Counted from the first letter of the stretch, positions 25,726-38,508 are shown. The stretch is DNA of 64,000 bases from Vermamoeba vermiformis (GCA_045837725.1 JBEWZL010000030.1:372001-436000), one strand, 5' to 3'. Made by a program: numbers and translations. Notes: a model not told the origin generated them from the letters alone.

Positions 25726-28420
25726 AGACAAGTATTACTGTTCTACATGCCGCCGAGGCTTTCCGTTTCCAGGAGAGCTGCAGCGACATCTCAATACTTC
25801 CATTCACGAGACAGAAGAAGGCAAAAATACCCCCGAAAATACATACAACTGCACTGAACACAAATGAAATGCACTAGAAGACACGATCGGTAAGATACTT
25901 TGAAAATTATTTAATAAATAATAATTTTATTTGTAGAAATGGAATATCAAAGTGGTACACCCACAACTGGTATGAAAAAAAAGGTTGCATCCTTCATTTT
26001 ATAATTTTCTGCAGATTTGAGTTTCGTTGACGAAGAAATTGCTGAACCGACCTCCATCATCACAGATAATCTCTCACCTTGGGCTCTTATTCATTGGTTT
26101 TGCATTCAAAAAAGTATTCCTGCTTCAGACGAGCTACAGCTGCTTAGGCTACTATCCAAACCTGTGTTTCACCTGAATTCAGCTCCACCGTCAATTGCTG
26201 ATATACGAAGTGAGCTACAACGCTCAATTCCTCAAATATCGTACAAGTCCATTGTTTGCCGAAAGAAAGGGAAGAAAGAAAGCAACGTCAAACCTTTGAA
26301 CATTTTAAACAATACTGGATACCAAGTTGTGAATGTTTACAGTATTCGAGACCACCTTGAACTATACCTAAAAGATCCAGTTCTTAGTGGCAGCTTGATC
26401 TTTAAGCCAGTTAGCAATGCAGTTGGATACTCTTCGTTTGTTTCGGGACAGTACTTTCACAATATCGTAGAGCTGATCCCTATTGGTGCACTGCCGCTAT
26501 GCCGTAAGTATCGTAAACACATACAAATTGCTAAAGACATCAGTTGAATTGTACTGGGATGACACCGGCATCTCAAGCAAGAAGAAGTGTGGACCAATAT
26601 GGCTCGGGATCAGCAACAGTGATTCATCAATAAAGCGAACTCCTGAATCAAGAATGCTCATTGCTGTCATGCCGCCAGAAACAGATCTTAGTCCCGTTTT
26701 AGAAGAACTAGTTTCACAAATTCAACAATTGACGGAAGTCGATTTTTTTTGCGCAAGTATGAATTCTGTGGTCCGATTTCATTGCTTGCTTTCGTTATTG
26801 CTAGGTGATTCTCCTGCTAGCAATTATGTGATAGGTATGAGCAATGGCATTTCAAAACTATTCCTAACAAGATTGCAGGTTTACGTGCACCAACGTGTAA
26901 TCAACCATGTCGCATTTGCCACACAGAGGCTACACAACTTGGATTGATTCCTGAGGTTGACCTTCATACAGTTGAAGGCGATCTATCAGAACAAGTAAAA
27001 TGGCCTCAAAGGACGAAAAGAGCAATGATGGATCTGATTAACGAAGCTCACATTGGTATTTTACCAAATATGGAAGCAGAGCTCAAAGCCAAAGGTTTAG
27101 CTTACTATACGGTAAAGTCGTATTCATTGGTTCTCATTTTGCATAACGTAATTCTATTTACAGAGCCCTTTGTGGGAAGTCGATTTCATCAATTTGTTTA
27201 CGCAGTCACCGTACTGTTTACTTCATAACGAATTTCTTGGATTGGTTCCCATCCACATGGACTTGACCTTTGCCGCTATTAAGAGTAAAGAAAATGGCAT
27301 CACTATTATGAAAGAACTTGGAGAACGAGTTGCCAAATTCCCTGCTTTTAGTCCGCTACCAAAGCTAAACGATGATATTGAACTTCGAAAAGGATGGGAT
27401 GGCAAATCGTATACCTCATTTTATCGAATGGCAGTAATTGTATTTCGAGACTTTCTTAAAAATGAAGAGCTGCGATGTTGGTAAGTAAGCCAATTTATTA
27501 TTTTACTATCATTAGCTCACAAAACCAGGCTGTTACATTGCCGATACCTGAGATACTTACATAAATCTCTGCTATCTGAAAGACAGTTGCAAAACCTGAT
27601 GGCAACGTACTGGGAATGGAAGAAATTGTTCATACAATGCTATAAATCACCAGAGCCTTCAAAACAAAAGATAAGTATTAAAAATATGCAATTCTTGAAT
27701 TTGCATGTCGGCGAACATTGGTATTCTACGATCAAAATGTTCGGTGTCCCAGCAGAGTACAGCACGCAACACTGGGAAGCCTTACACCAATCCGTCAAAA
27801 GAAAAGAAAAGAAGTCTAACCATCTTCAGCCCTCACTAGACATCTCCCGTATGATAATAGAAGAGACTTCAATGCAAAGAGCGTTGGGAACAATTGAAGT
27901 ACGTAATTGTCTTTGATTAAACCTTTCATCAATTGCTTTAGGATTTTTGTGCATTAAATACCACAATCAATCGAACGGTAATTGGGTCAATTACAGTTTA
28001 CAATAAGCAAAAGAACAAAGCGGAAGATATTCGGCAATTTCTTCAGGAACAACTTTTGCAAGGTACCTATGCCTAAATGATTACTTAAATTACTAATAAG
28101 ATTCAGATGACGTACAGTTTCAATTGTACAATTCGGCGCAGATAGGTTCGACAAAGTTAAGCAAAGGGGACTACTTCAGCACTGGACACAAAGAAAACAA
28201 AAGATTTGGGGAGGTAAACGCCATCGTCTCTGTTGCCAATGTAGTTTATATTATTGGATATCTTTACAAGCACGACTATCGTTCTCTTGATGCAAAAAGT
28301 GAGATGTACACTGTCAGCAAAACTGACTCGTGGGCATTATTTACTGCTAATGAAGCCAATCCAGAACAATTTGTATCAATCGATGACAACCTAACTCTAG
28401 TAAACTTTTTTTTCCGTTGA
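25718..28420 (+). CDS. CACTA/Plavaka-like DDE transposase with N-terminal C2H2 zinc finger
   Basis: YYCSTCRRGFPFPGELQRHLNTSIH; LYWDD..GPIWLGISN; LLGDSPA; PCRIC; PYCLLHNEFLG; NLH..H..IKMFG..YSTQHWEALHQ. Confidence 0.88.
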
Positions 28421-28540
28421 TTCGAAATGTCTCTACAAATTTATCGAGATTTATCTCTTGTGATCGCAATCAATAGAGGCGAAACGAGATTAATCTCAGT
28501 TGTGAGCTACTATTGTTAGTTTCACTGATTGAGACTTCAG

Positions 28541-28576
28541 TCACAACCGAGATTTGCGAGATTAAAATTGGTAGTG
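28541..28576 (-). repeat. Right TIR of the CACTA element
   Basis: TCACAACCGAGATTTGCGAGATTAAAATTGGTAGTG followed by ATT. Confidence 0.95.
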
Positions 28577-29477
28577 ATTTTGCGCCAAGCAAGTTTTTGA
28601 TTTTGTTCATGGTGTACATCAGTAGTAAAATAATCTGGTTCTTCAGTTGTAAATGTGTATGCCAAAAACTGATCATCAACATGGACTTTGATTGAAAAGT
28701 CCTCAAATGAAAACTTGACTAGTGGATCAGACCAATTTTCGACCATTTTTTTCGTTAATTCTGCTGTATCTGTCATTTGCAATATTCCTAATAATTTCTT
28801 GGAAACTTCATCGAATTCATAGGTGTTCTCAAGCTTTCCAAAGATATTGTTACTTTGCTCATTGCGTGTACGCCGGGTCCTTAAATTACATTATATTTAG
28901 TTGTTACTTCATAGATAAATAATATTATTATTTTGCGTACGAGTCTTTATTGCAGCAACCTGAACTTGTTTCTCCTTTTCGAAAGGCCTTGAACCACCAT
29001 TTATAGCTTTCGCGCTCATCGTTCCAAGACTCCTTGCTCCATTCGATCATAATGTAAATTTTCCTATCAAACGGCTTCCACGCCTAATTTAATTGTTACG
29101 GACCATTCCAAAGTAATCTGTATTGTTATATAATATTTTTTGATTTTTAAATAATTCAATTTCAACGGAATAAATTTTACAACAAGCGACCTTCTTACGT
29201 ACTAACATGTTGATTATTTTACATGTGCTTGCCAAAGATTCGAGGGTCCGCGTATCGTGGCATAATTCATAGATTTTGTCAAAAATCGCTAATGGGAACA
29301 TCTCCTAAATTAATAAAATATTATTAGAATAATCATCATATTTTCTTATTATTTTAATTGTTTAATTGGGCTCTTTCGAGATGACAGGATCTGCCGTCTT
29401 ACCTGAACGGGAATTTCGTCTGATTCATTAGTGATAATTTTGTCTGATTCATTAGTGATAATTTCGTCTTTCTCCAT
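28577..29477 (-). pseudogene. F-box family copy 4, 5' half
   Basis: MEKDEII..., EMFPLAIFDKIYELC..LESLASTCKII (F-box); MTDTAEL exon runs into the TIR. Confidence 0.8.
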
Positions 29478-29711
29478 CAGTATTATATAATTTAATGGCA
29501 GCTTCGTTCTTCCAACGTTTTTGGCAAGCCTCAAATTTTTTTGCCGCCAAGCCGTTGCATTGCGTAGGGATCCTTTCTTAAGGACAGGTCATAAAAACGG
29601 TACACAAAGCCTTGGTCTAAAGTCTGGTTTGCAACCTGCCCCGCCGATCTGATTGATCTGTCAACGGAACAATAAAATGGCTGGCAGGAATAGATTAAAT
29701 TGTATTATTAA

Positions 29712-32700
29712 TTAATTATACGACAAATCAATCGTCTCGCTAAGTGATGTCATTACAGGCGCAAGAATTTTCATCAATTTTGCGAATTGTTCTTTAGACA
29801 GCTGGCCGTACTTGTGTTTACGGCCTTTCAATACTATAGTCATATTCCGGACCTGTTCGTCCTTGTCTTCATGCTCGCTATTATTATCTTCACTATCATT
29901 ACTACTGTCAGCGTTTTCTTCGTCTTCGATCCGTTCGTTGTTGCCAATTTTTTTGGGATCCAGTTTTTTCGTATTGTTGTTAGCCTTAGAGGCCATAAGT
30001 GTACTATAATAGTGTTCTAAGGCTATAAATATTTCTTTCACTTGCGAAGGTTTAAATTGACGCGAGGCCTTGTACTGATTATCTTGCGAGCCCCAATGTT
30101 TGTCTATAATTTCAATTTGCGTAGCTTTTACATAGCCTTAAATAGTATAATAGTATAGTTAGTGTTCAGTATTGATTTATAGGTCTTAGGATAGTGCTTT
30201 ATATGCGTACCTGATTCATCGCATTCGAGATCCCAGCCTGCATGTTCGTATTCATCCTCGCGCTGATGAAATAATCATTAATAAATTAAAAGTATTATAT
30301 AATGTAGTGGCGTATATAATAAACGTAAAGTTTTGGTTAGTTTGGCAATCAACGAGATTTAGCATAGGCACACGTAAACAAATCTGAATCTGATCTGGTT
30401 CGATCATTGAAAATGCTTCTCGATAACTTACGTATTTAATACTAATGCTATTAGATACTTCATTGTAGTAATTGATGTTAAAGAAGAAAGGCTTGATTTG
30501 AAAGGCACATAAAGCGCACTTCAATCGCTTGATCTGCGGAAAAAAAGTCAGTCTAATTGCTTAATTTTGAACTCGCTCCAGTACTATTAACTATCATATA
30601 TAATAAAATACCATTTTTTCATCGAGACGGTCCCAATCGAGCTCTTCATCTGGTTTTTCAACGTGCAGATCTTCTTGATCACATCCGTGAAGTAAAGTTA
30701 TTGGCAATGTTACGTTTCTGGTACACATCTTACTATTATAGTATGATATCAAAATACAATCATAGTAGCTTTTAGCAATAATATACAGATTAAGACCGAT
30801 ATCGACCTACAGTTCGATCTAAATTTTATTTGCCAGCCTCCTGGATGCGATCCATACACAGCTGAAGGCATGCTACCGCTCATACCTTTAGGACAATGTA
30901 CTCGTGAGAATCAGTATGCCGCGGCAATCGATGGTACGTCGATCTCACGCCAGTAAATTCAGATTGCACTCCAAATTTGGAAAAATCCGGAAATCAAAGA
31001 AACTTCTTTGTTCGACAATACGAATATTTAATAATAAATACCGCTATCACTAACGTATTTCTAATATAGCTGGAGCAGCTGCAGTACTTTTCTGCGATTT
31101 CGATGCACCCGAAATTCATGGTAGAAGATCTCGCATTCCTCTCAGTCAATCTCCGCTTGAGATTCCTGTTGTCTTGGTAAGTGTCCAACACTAATATTTG
31201 AAGTATGACACCTGTCACGCTAACTCTACCTTCTAAGGTGTCAAAACCGGATTACTTTAGGCTCAAGGATCTTCTCGCCCACTCACCGTACTTGACGTTG
31301 GAAATTACTCCTGGTGCGTAGAAATTCTGCTAAATAATAATATAATTTTTAAAAGCTACGTACCGAGATTGTTTTTAATGACAATTATTACAGGCGTCAG
31401 TTTGTGGCATCAAAATATCGCGTACACATGGTGGTTCATCGCATTGAACGCTGTATTCTTTGTATTTTATCTCTTGCTTCTCGCGCTCGTGATCTACAAG
31501 TTCGTTCGAAAAGTCAAAGCGACTGGCTTTATCTGGAACATCAGCTTTGTTTATTTGTTCTTTCAAGCGGTATTTTGCATTTGTACGTCTATGTAACCTT
31601 TATTATGTATTTAGTTTTGGTCTAACGTTTCACTCGATTTCATTTCAGTGATGATCGTTCGATGGATAGATCCGCTTTTGACTTGGGGAATATATAGCAC
31701 TGTTATCGACGTATTTATTGACACGTGGCCCGCTAGGTGGTCGTGTATCCATTTCATACGTTGCGCTTATCCGTGTTTAATCCACGTTTAATATTTTAAC
31801 TTTTCCTTTACTTTTGTTATTAGTCGTAGCGCTGATGCTGATGGCGTTCTTCTGGTTCGAAGTCATCAATCAGTTCGCGGACACAAAAGTACAAGCGTTC
31901 TTGTCCAAAAAGTAAGTATTTCATAAAACTTGTTCGCGTACTGACTTTTTGATCAGAATGCAGATTCCGTTCTGGATACTCGGTGGTATTATTATAGTAC
32001 TACCATCGATTAATGCCATACTATTGATCTACATTACAATTCTACCGCTTTTCGTTGCGCTGGGAGCCGTTTCGTTGGCTACTGGCATGACCGTCGCTTG
32101 TTTCTACATCATTGTCGGTACGTTGTTCTACTGTATATTAATATTAACATTTGTATTAATGAACGGTATAATTGATAGCCGTAAAAGCGTTGGAGATTAT
32201 TAATCGATCCGAGCAAATGAACGCCGATAGTAAACCTCGATTAGATAGTCTCACGAAGGTATTAAAATACCACAGTCGTATATATATTAATATTAGAGTA
32301 TTTAGAGCCGAATATCGATCATTATCTCGACAATTATTGCATGTATTTATCCTCCCTGCGCTTTCATCTTGCGTTATTACATTATCTACAAGAGCTCGAT
32401 CTTCGCGCTAGCAGATATATATGTAGAGTCCGTATTATTAGGTCTTATTACCTTCATTCAAGTCTGGTTCATGCCGGATAAACTTCCATCCGGATCTGGT
32501 AACCATTTGTAATACTACGAGAATTATTGACAATGGCACAATGGAGTAAATTAATTACGATTATTTTAATAACGGCCGCAAGGAAGACAAATAGAATACG
32601 AGCTAATGACAGTTTCGCGCTCTAAATAATTACAAGATTATTTTAAAAATCTCCAGTATGTGATGAATCGTGGGTCGCGATTCAGTCGCTAATTAATAAT

Positions 32701-33980
32701 GACCAATTTTAATGTTTTACCTTTTATGTATTATTTGATATAAACAACACCGTTCATTACAAGTAAATAACTATCCTGGAGCAGCTGCCTCTAATGTACT
32801 ATTTTTGACTGTCAATTATAAGCAAATTTCCGATAATTTAATTAAAGCCTAATAAGGCTGTTTAGTTTCAGTTTAGGCTAAAATAGTAGCAGTTAATAAA
32901 TGACCACTAGGCCGTGTTATTTATTACATATGTGAGATGCAGAATCACCATAGTCTATTGTTTTCGACTGTCGTAGTGCTAGTTGCTGTCACATCCGCAA
33001 GCCGTATCATTTTTCCAATCGTACCGTAAGTGAAATATAGAATAACATACGTAATATTTACTCATATATTCATTGTACAGCGATCCTGAGTTCAATACGC
33101 CCGCTCTAACAAATGGATTTGTCGGTGGACCATCCGTATTATCTTCACTATTATATCTTCTATATTTATAACTGATTTTTTGCTCATTTACTGTAATATC
33201 AATTGAAAGTTCGTCCGTAGCCAAGCTGAAAATTGGTTCGCCTCGGCAGATGCAAAGAATTTCTTGGAATCTTTTTGGCTTCGTCATATTCATATAATTT
33301 ATAAGTGATTGGCACATTCTATCAAATCGATCGCGATCGCTAAGCTTTGTTTTGCTGGATTCAGTTTTTTCTCGCGAATAAGCTGGCGAACTAAATTAAA
33401 AAATTCTGGTTAGCAATTTCAATAGGTCCTATACATAATAATATTACAACGTACTATTTTGACTTCTTATACTGTTTAGTGGCGTCACCATTGCCTTTGA
33501 TGGTGTATTCAGCCTCGCAGGTGGTTTTATCTTCTCGCCAATTAAATTTAACGCTAATTTTCTTTTCAAATATTCTAGATACCTAATTACATATTAACAT
33601 TAATACGAATATATTGTTATTACGGGCCCTGTAATTTAATCGTTCGTGTTTTTTTGCTTACCAAAGCATTGAACTGTTTACACGAGCACGCTAATGATTC
33701 GAGTGTTGTCGTATTAGTGCAATAAGACAGAATATTCTCAATCATTTCTGCGGGAAGTGATTCCTAGTATCAAAATAATTAAGAATATTTAATAATAGTT
33801 CATTATTTTGTTTTATAATAAATATCACATCGTTCTGTAAATATTAAGTAGATTTATGTCGTTATTAGTGACGTTTATTTTTAATAATTGGTTGGTGCAG
33901 ATTTGGATGCGGACAAACTGAGGCACAGTTACCTGAAATAGCTTTCGTTTTTTCGAAGCTCGAACATCATTTTCTTCCAT
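29712..33980 (-). pseudogene. F-box family copy 5, interrupted by a 2.45-kb insertion (30689-33130)
   Basis: MEENDVRASKKRKLFQ, ESLPAEMIENILS..LACSCKQF at 33.98-33.66 kb; EDLHVEKPDEELDWDRLDEKM and IKRLKCALCAF resume at 30.68 kb. Confidence 0.8.
30689..33130 (+). pseudogene. Circularly permuted copy of the PA-domain membrane receptor gene (3' part 30689-~32510, then promoter, then 5' part from ATG 32937 to 33130)
   Basis: Colinear with the 42574-44694 paralog but split at GFVGG|KVIGNVT; flanked by CATCCGT at 30682-30688 and 33131-33137. Confidence 0.85.
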
Positions 33981-33996
33981 CGTATAAAATACAAAC

Positions 33997-34557
33997 GTGT
34001 TGGTACAGTTGGTGCGGTCAGAGAATAGCACCAATTTTGTCACACGTGTTTTTGTTGCTGGTTCTTTTACCGAACAAATCAGAGCTGTATTAAAGGAAGA
34101 ATTGCAGCTCATTAAAGTTCAGCTCTCTACTCTCAACGAAAAGGTCGATAAAATCGAACTCCAGCAAAAAATAATGTAGGATTCGGATTTATTAATTATT
34201 CTTTATTAATTTTAAAATTCAAGGATGGCCAAACTGAGCAATAGTTTGAAGGGTAAAAACGAGCCGCTTGAAAAAGTCCCCATCGTTGATGCAGATGGCA
34301 AAGAACGGATCGTTGATATGGAGTATCCGACAATTGCGATGCTGATCGTCGCTGAGAACGAGCAAATACCAGGCACGGAAATGACTAATAACTGGAATGC
34401 AACAAAAAGCTTGAACTTGATCAGAGAGTATGACCCTGGCTATGCTACGGATGAAGAAACTAAAGTAATGTCCGCAAAACGTAGGCTTAAGCTAGTTCAA
34501 TGCTTAGGGGTATCTCCTTCTCAAATTAATTTAGCAGCAACTACCTATTATAACTGA
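33997..34557 (+). CDS. Small coiled-coil protein with a Mug135-C-like domain (start uncertain)
   Basis: Coiled coil IRAVLKEEL..LNEKVDKIE, intron, then PLEKVP..YPTI..LI..YDP..RRLKLVQCLGV. Confidence 0.45.
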
Positions 34558-34712
34558 GGTAGCCGCCATTTTACTACTTACAAATTTCTAGATTTGTTTA
34601 AAACATAAATTCGAATAGATCGACAACGAGCAATGCAACCAATATTCGATCAGGTCTATGAAACATCGCATGCTAGATTCGAACGATATCCGAACGGATA
34701 CAACACAACGTA

Positions 34713-34913
34713 TTGCCAAACAACCCGATAGTATGGGCAACGGACGGATCCAAACGAGGTGAAGTTGCAACCACGGCAGTGGTGTCAGATCAAGCCACGT
34801 ACAAACCCCGAATACCCGAACAACAGTCAATTGCAAGAGCAGAGGCATACGAAATCCAAATAAACTTAGTCAACAATAGGAACATCAATATAATATCTGA
34901 CTCTACAAATTAA
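34713..34913 (+). mobile_element. RNase HI fragment of a non-LTR retrotransposon (remnant)
   Basis: WATDGSK...QSIARAE...NIISDS matches the RNase H D-E-D motif order; truncated. Confidence 0.65.
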
Positions 34914-35163
34914 ACATAAGTTGACACGTGTCAAGGTGACATTCGACGGACGAGTGCTCGATCGGATCGGATTGTGCGCATTGGAACTGCTTCCCGAACT
35001 TTCGAATTGAGGGTTGACAAAGGCAGGAGTGGCAACGAGTCCTAGAAGTACCGTGCAGTTAGTAACCGTATGTAAGCTTCGTAACAATTGGTAATAACAT
35101 AAAACAGTGACGGTGAATCTTAAACTTTTGAAATTTCAGGTTTAAACGTACCATTAATTAGCA

Positions 35164-36788
35164 CTAATCGTGAGCAAAGCTTAGTCCATGAATCTGACTC
35201 GTTAAAGGTTTCAAAATGGTCATCAATCCTTTGAGATTTTTCTTCGAAAAAGTGTACGTTGGTTTGCTCTCGAGAGCGAATCTGAGCTGGATCTCGCTCT
35301 GAGCATCGCATCCAGCGGTTATTGTAACTTTCCTAGTCGCCGAGCTATGCGGGGTAGATGTATTCTGCTTAATAGGCGCGATATATTTTTCAATATCGGC
35401 GAATAAGGCTCGTACAAGGGATGGTCGAAGTTGAACTGAAGCGGATCGACGAATACTTTTTGGGTTGTACAAGTTTTCATTGATATCGTACCAAAGAGCT
35501 TTAACAATACCTATTGATATTTAATTAGCATTATAATCAAATATAAATTAGTTTTTGTACCAGATGTGCTGCACTGAAAATCCCATCCGCGATCTCGAAA
35601 CAGTTCTCGGCCTCGTGGACAAACAGTCGACTATAAATATGATTAAACAATTATTATTTACCAATAATTAACTTACGTATTCGATTGAGAGCTCTTTATC
35701 AGCTTGTTTTTTATATTCTGCCGCAGTCAGATAAAAATTTGTAACTTCCGCAACTATGACAGTACATTTTAATCGTCGAATCTGCTAATATATATAACAT
35801 CGTTATTATACGTTCATACATACAGTGTTATTTACAATAACGCACCGAGTCATCGAGATTACTGCTCAAGTCTGGGACTGCAACAGTATTATGCTGATCT
35901 GCTTCATCGGTTACTTTTTTCACTTTTTTCTCCTTCTTCTTATTTTTGCAATAATTATATTCTATTTTTAGGTCATCAATTTGGACGTCAAAGCGTGTAA
36001 CATCGGCATCCGCGGTAAACTCGGACAAATGTTCGTTATCATACTCGTTGAGTAATTCTTCTAATTGAGCCTTGTTGGTCATATTAAACACTTGTAGTAC
36101 TCTTTTGTGCAGCTTAATAAACTCTTTGTTATTTTCAAACTTTTTTTGCTCATTTTTTAAATTTTCTTCTCGCAGTTCTCTGTCATTCCTGTACGTACAA
36201 TATATTTTAATAATACTATAATCATACTTATTATTATTATATATTGCGTACTTGCGAAGATATAGTTTGTGTTTTGTAGCGCTGCCATTGCCTGTTATCG
36301 TGCAACGGAATGAAGTTTCGGTTTCGTTATCGAATTCGCTTTCATACGTAACCGACGAGGTGCATTGAACGCTTATTCTTTTGCTAAATACACTATTCAC
36401 CTTTGCAATACGATGTGTGAGTTTAACGAGTTATAATTTCAAGTTGATCCTTCGTACCAAAGATCGGATCTGTTTGCACGTGCACGCGAGAGATTCTAGC
36501 GTCGTATTCGAGCACATAAAAATTACATTTTCGATCATTTCTATCGGAAGTGTTTCCTAGAATTAAGCAAATGAGCTGGTTTGTATTAACAATCGATTTT
36601 TAAGAGGAAATTTTAAAAAAATATTAGACGGCTTTAAAAATTCCCGCTAAACACTCGAGCGCTATCTATAACTATTTTTCAATAATTTAATAATTATTTC
36701 AGTAATTCTTGGTGGCTAGCCACGCAGATGTGCCAACGGGACTGACCTGGAACAACTTCCTTCTCTTAGGTGGCCTCTCTTCTTCCAT
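35164..36788 (-). CDS. F-box protein, tandem family copy 6
   Basis: MEEERPPKRRKLFQ, ETLPIEMIENVIF..LACTCKQI, IRRLKCTVIV. Confidence 0.8.
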
Positions 36789-36926
36789 TTTCTGGTTTTT
36801 TTTCTTCTTCACTAAATGAAAAGGCTTTCTGCGTGTGGTATTGCGGTCACCAGAAGACAGAAATGTGTGAGATCCTAATTTTTCAGTTTTCGTTGATTTG
36901 AAAGGTTTTTTTATTTCATAAGCCCA

Positions 36927-38508
36927 TTATACAAAATCATCAGTATTGTTACTATCATTTTGGATACTAGGCTGAAAGGTACTTTGTGGTTGGCTCTTAT
37001 GCATGTCTTCTACGAGTGCCATAGCCTCACCAATGCTCATGTCGCTGTTTAAGTTCACCGAAGAGTTATCGTGGATAATAATAGGCTCACTAGTCTCTAT
37101 AGGCTTTGAACTTTCGTCTTCGAACTCGATCACATCCGCGTTAGTCGTTACATTTGTATCATTTTTCTTATCGTTCTCTTCCTTATTTTCATTTTCATCA
37201 TGTATCTCCATATTATCGCCGTTAGTAACAAGCTCTTCATTATTATTAGCATTGTTAGCGTTATTTTCAAACTCCGCTAATTCGCTCTCCAAACACCACC
37301 TCGAATCGTTCGATTTGTCCGTCGTGTGATCTTTTTCGCGTAATTCAACGCGTGTTGTTTGATTGTCTGCTGTGTCCCACGTGACCAAGTGAATGTCATT
37401 CGGCTCAATATAGCTCACAACTTCACCACCAAAGTACAAACCAACGTCTTCGAACCAAACCTGGACAGTAAAATTAATAAAAGAATATCTAGTACCGCTT
37501 TTTTGTATCTTTGTGGGCCATAATTATTTCTCCCTTTCAATAAGACGAATAATTATCGAAAATTATTCGTTCAGCCATGAAGGGTTTACGACACGAAATT
37601 AAAGTTCTAAATAGAGTACGTACTTGAACTCGTTTGCCAACCAATGATCGAGCTCGTTCTCTATCTTCCTATAACATATTCATTGTTAGTATCGGTATTG
37701 TAACCGAGGATAATGTCGCAAAAGTGAGGTACCTCGGTCGGTCCCGACGGTCTTTGCGGCAATTTCTTGCCGGTGGCTGTGGGATAAGGATGTGTTTGCA
37801 ACAATTGTTTGACGCGTCCTTGATCGTCGTTGATGAGCATGCCTCCTTTCCAATGTCCCAACATTGTACCAATTTCTTTGTTTCGTTCAAACTCCATTTC
37901 AATATCTGCTTTAGTGCCCTAATTATGCAAAAATAAGTCACTATGCATCGGTAAATAAATAAAGTGTATTTTCAGACTTATAGGATGCCATTATTACCTT
38001 CCATTTTTCGGCGATGTATTCGACTAAACTTTGACGGCCTAATAATCGCTGTGTTTTAGCTCGTAACTCTGTAGGAGCCTAAATAATCCTTCGTAATTAA
38101 TATTGGAATAAAATAAGCACTAATTATCGTTTTTGGACTTGCCCACTGAGGTAAAAACTCTTTGACAATTTTATCCCATTCTCCGATGCCAAATTTTTCG
38201 ATACCGCGTGCTAAATAATCTCGTTCTAGTTCTCCCCATTTTCGCATCATTATTTTGTCTTTTTTGGGCTTGAAATAACTGAATAAATCAAATATTAATT
38301 TTTAAAAATTACCAAAAATACTGTAATAATTTCGTAGCGCATTATATTATCCCTATAATACGTACTCTTCATTTATAGCGCCATCTTCTTTAATCATATC
38401 TTTGGGACTGAACTTCAATCGCATCTGGCGGACCCATTCTTGCCGTTCCTCTTCGCTCCAATTTCTGGAGTCAGTTCCTTTAAATTTGCTTAGTGAACTT
38501 TGAGCCAT
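36927..38508 (-). CDS. Myb/homeodomain-like protein resembling the p2 subunit of the MTA1c/AMT1 DNA 6mA methyltransferase complex, with acidic C-terminal extension
   Basis: WVRQMRLKFSPKDMIKEDGAINEEYFKPKK..W..LARGIEKFGIGEWDKI..ELRAKTQRLLGRQSLVEY..NKEIG..WKGGML. Confidence 0.65.

Larger units (their letters stand above)
14836..28576 (+). mobile_element. Complete CACTA (CMC/EnSpm, Plavaka-like) DNA transposon, 13,741 bp
   Basis: Termini CACTA...TAGTG; 36-bp TIRs with 3 mismatches; 3-bp TSD ATT (14833-14835 and 28577-28579); internal DDE transposase; interrupts a host gene. Confidence 0.96.

Noticed and set aside
29415-29470. Short tandem duplication encoding IITNESD twice
   Set aside because: Simple in-frame coding duplication
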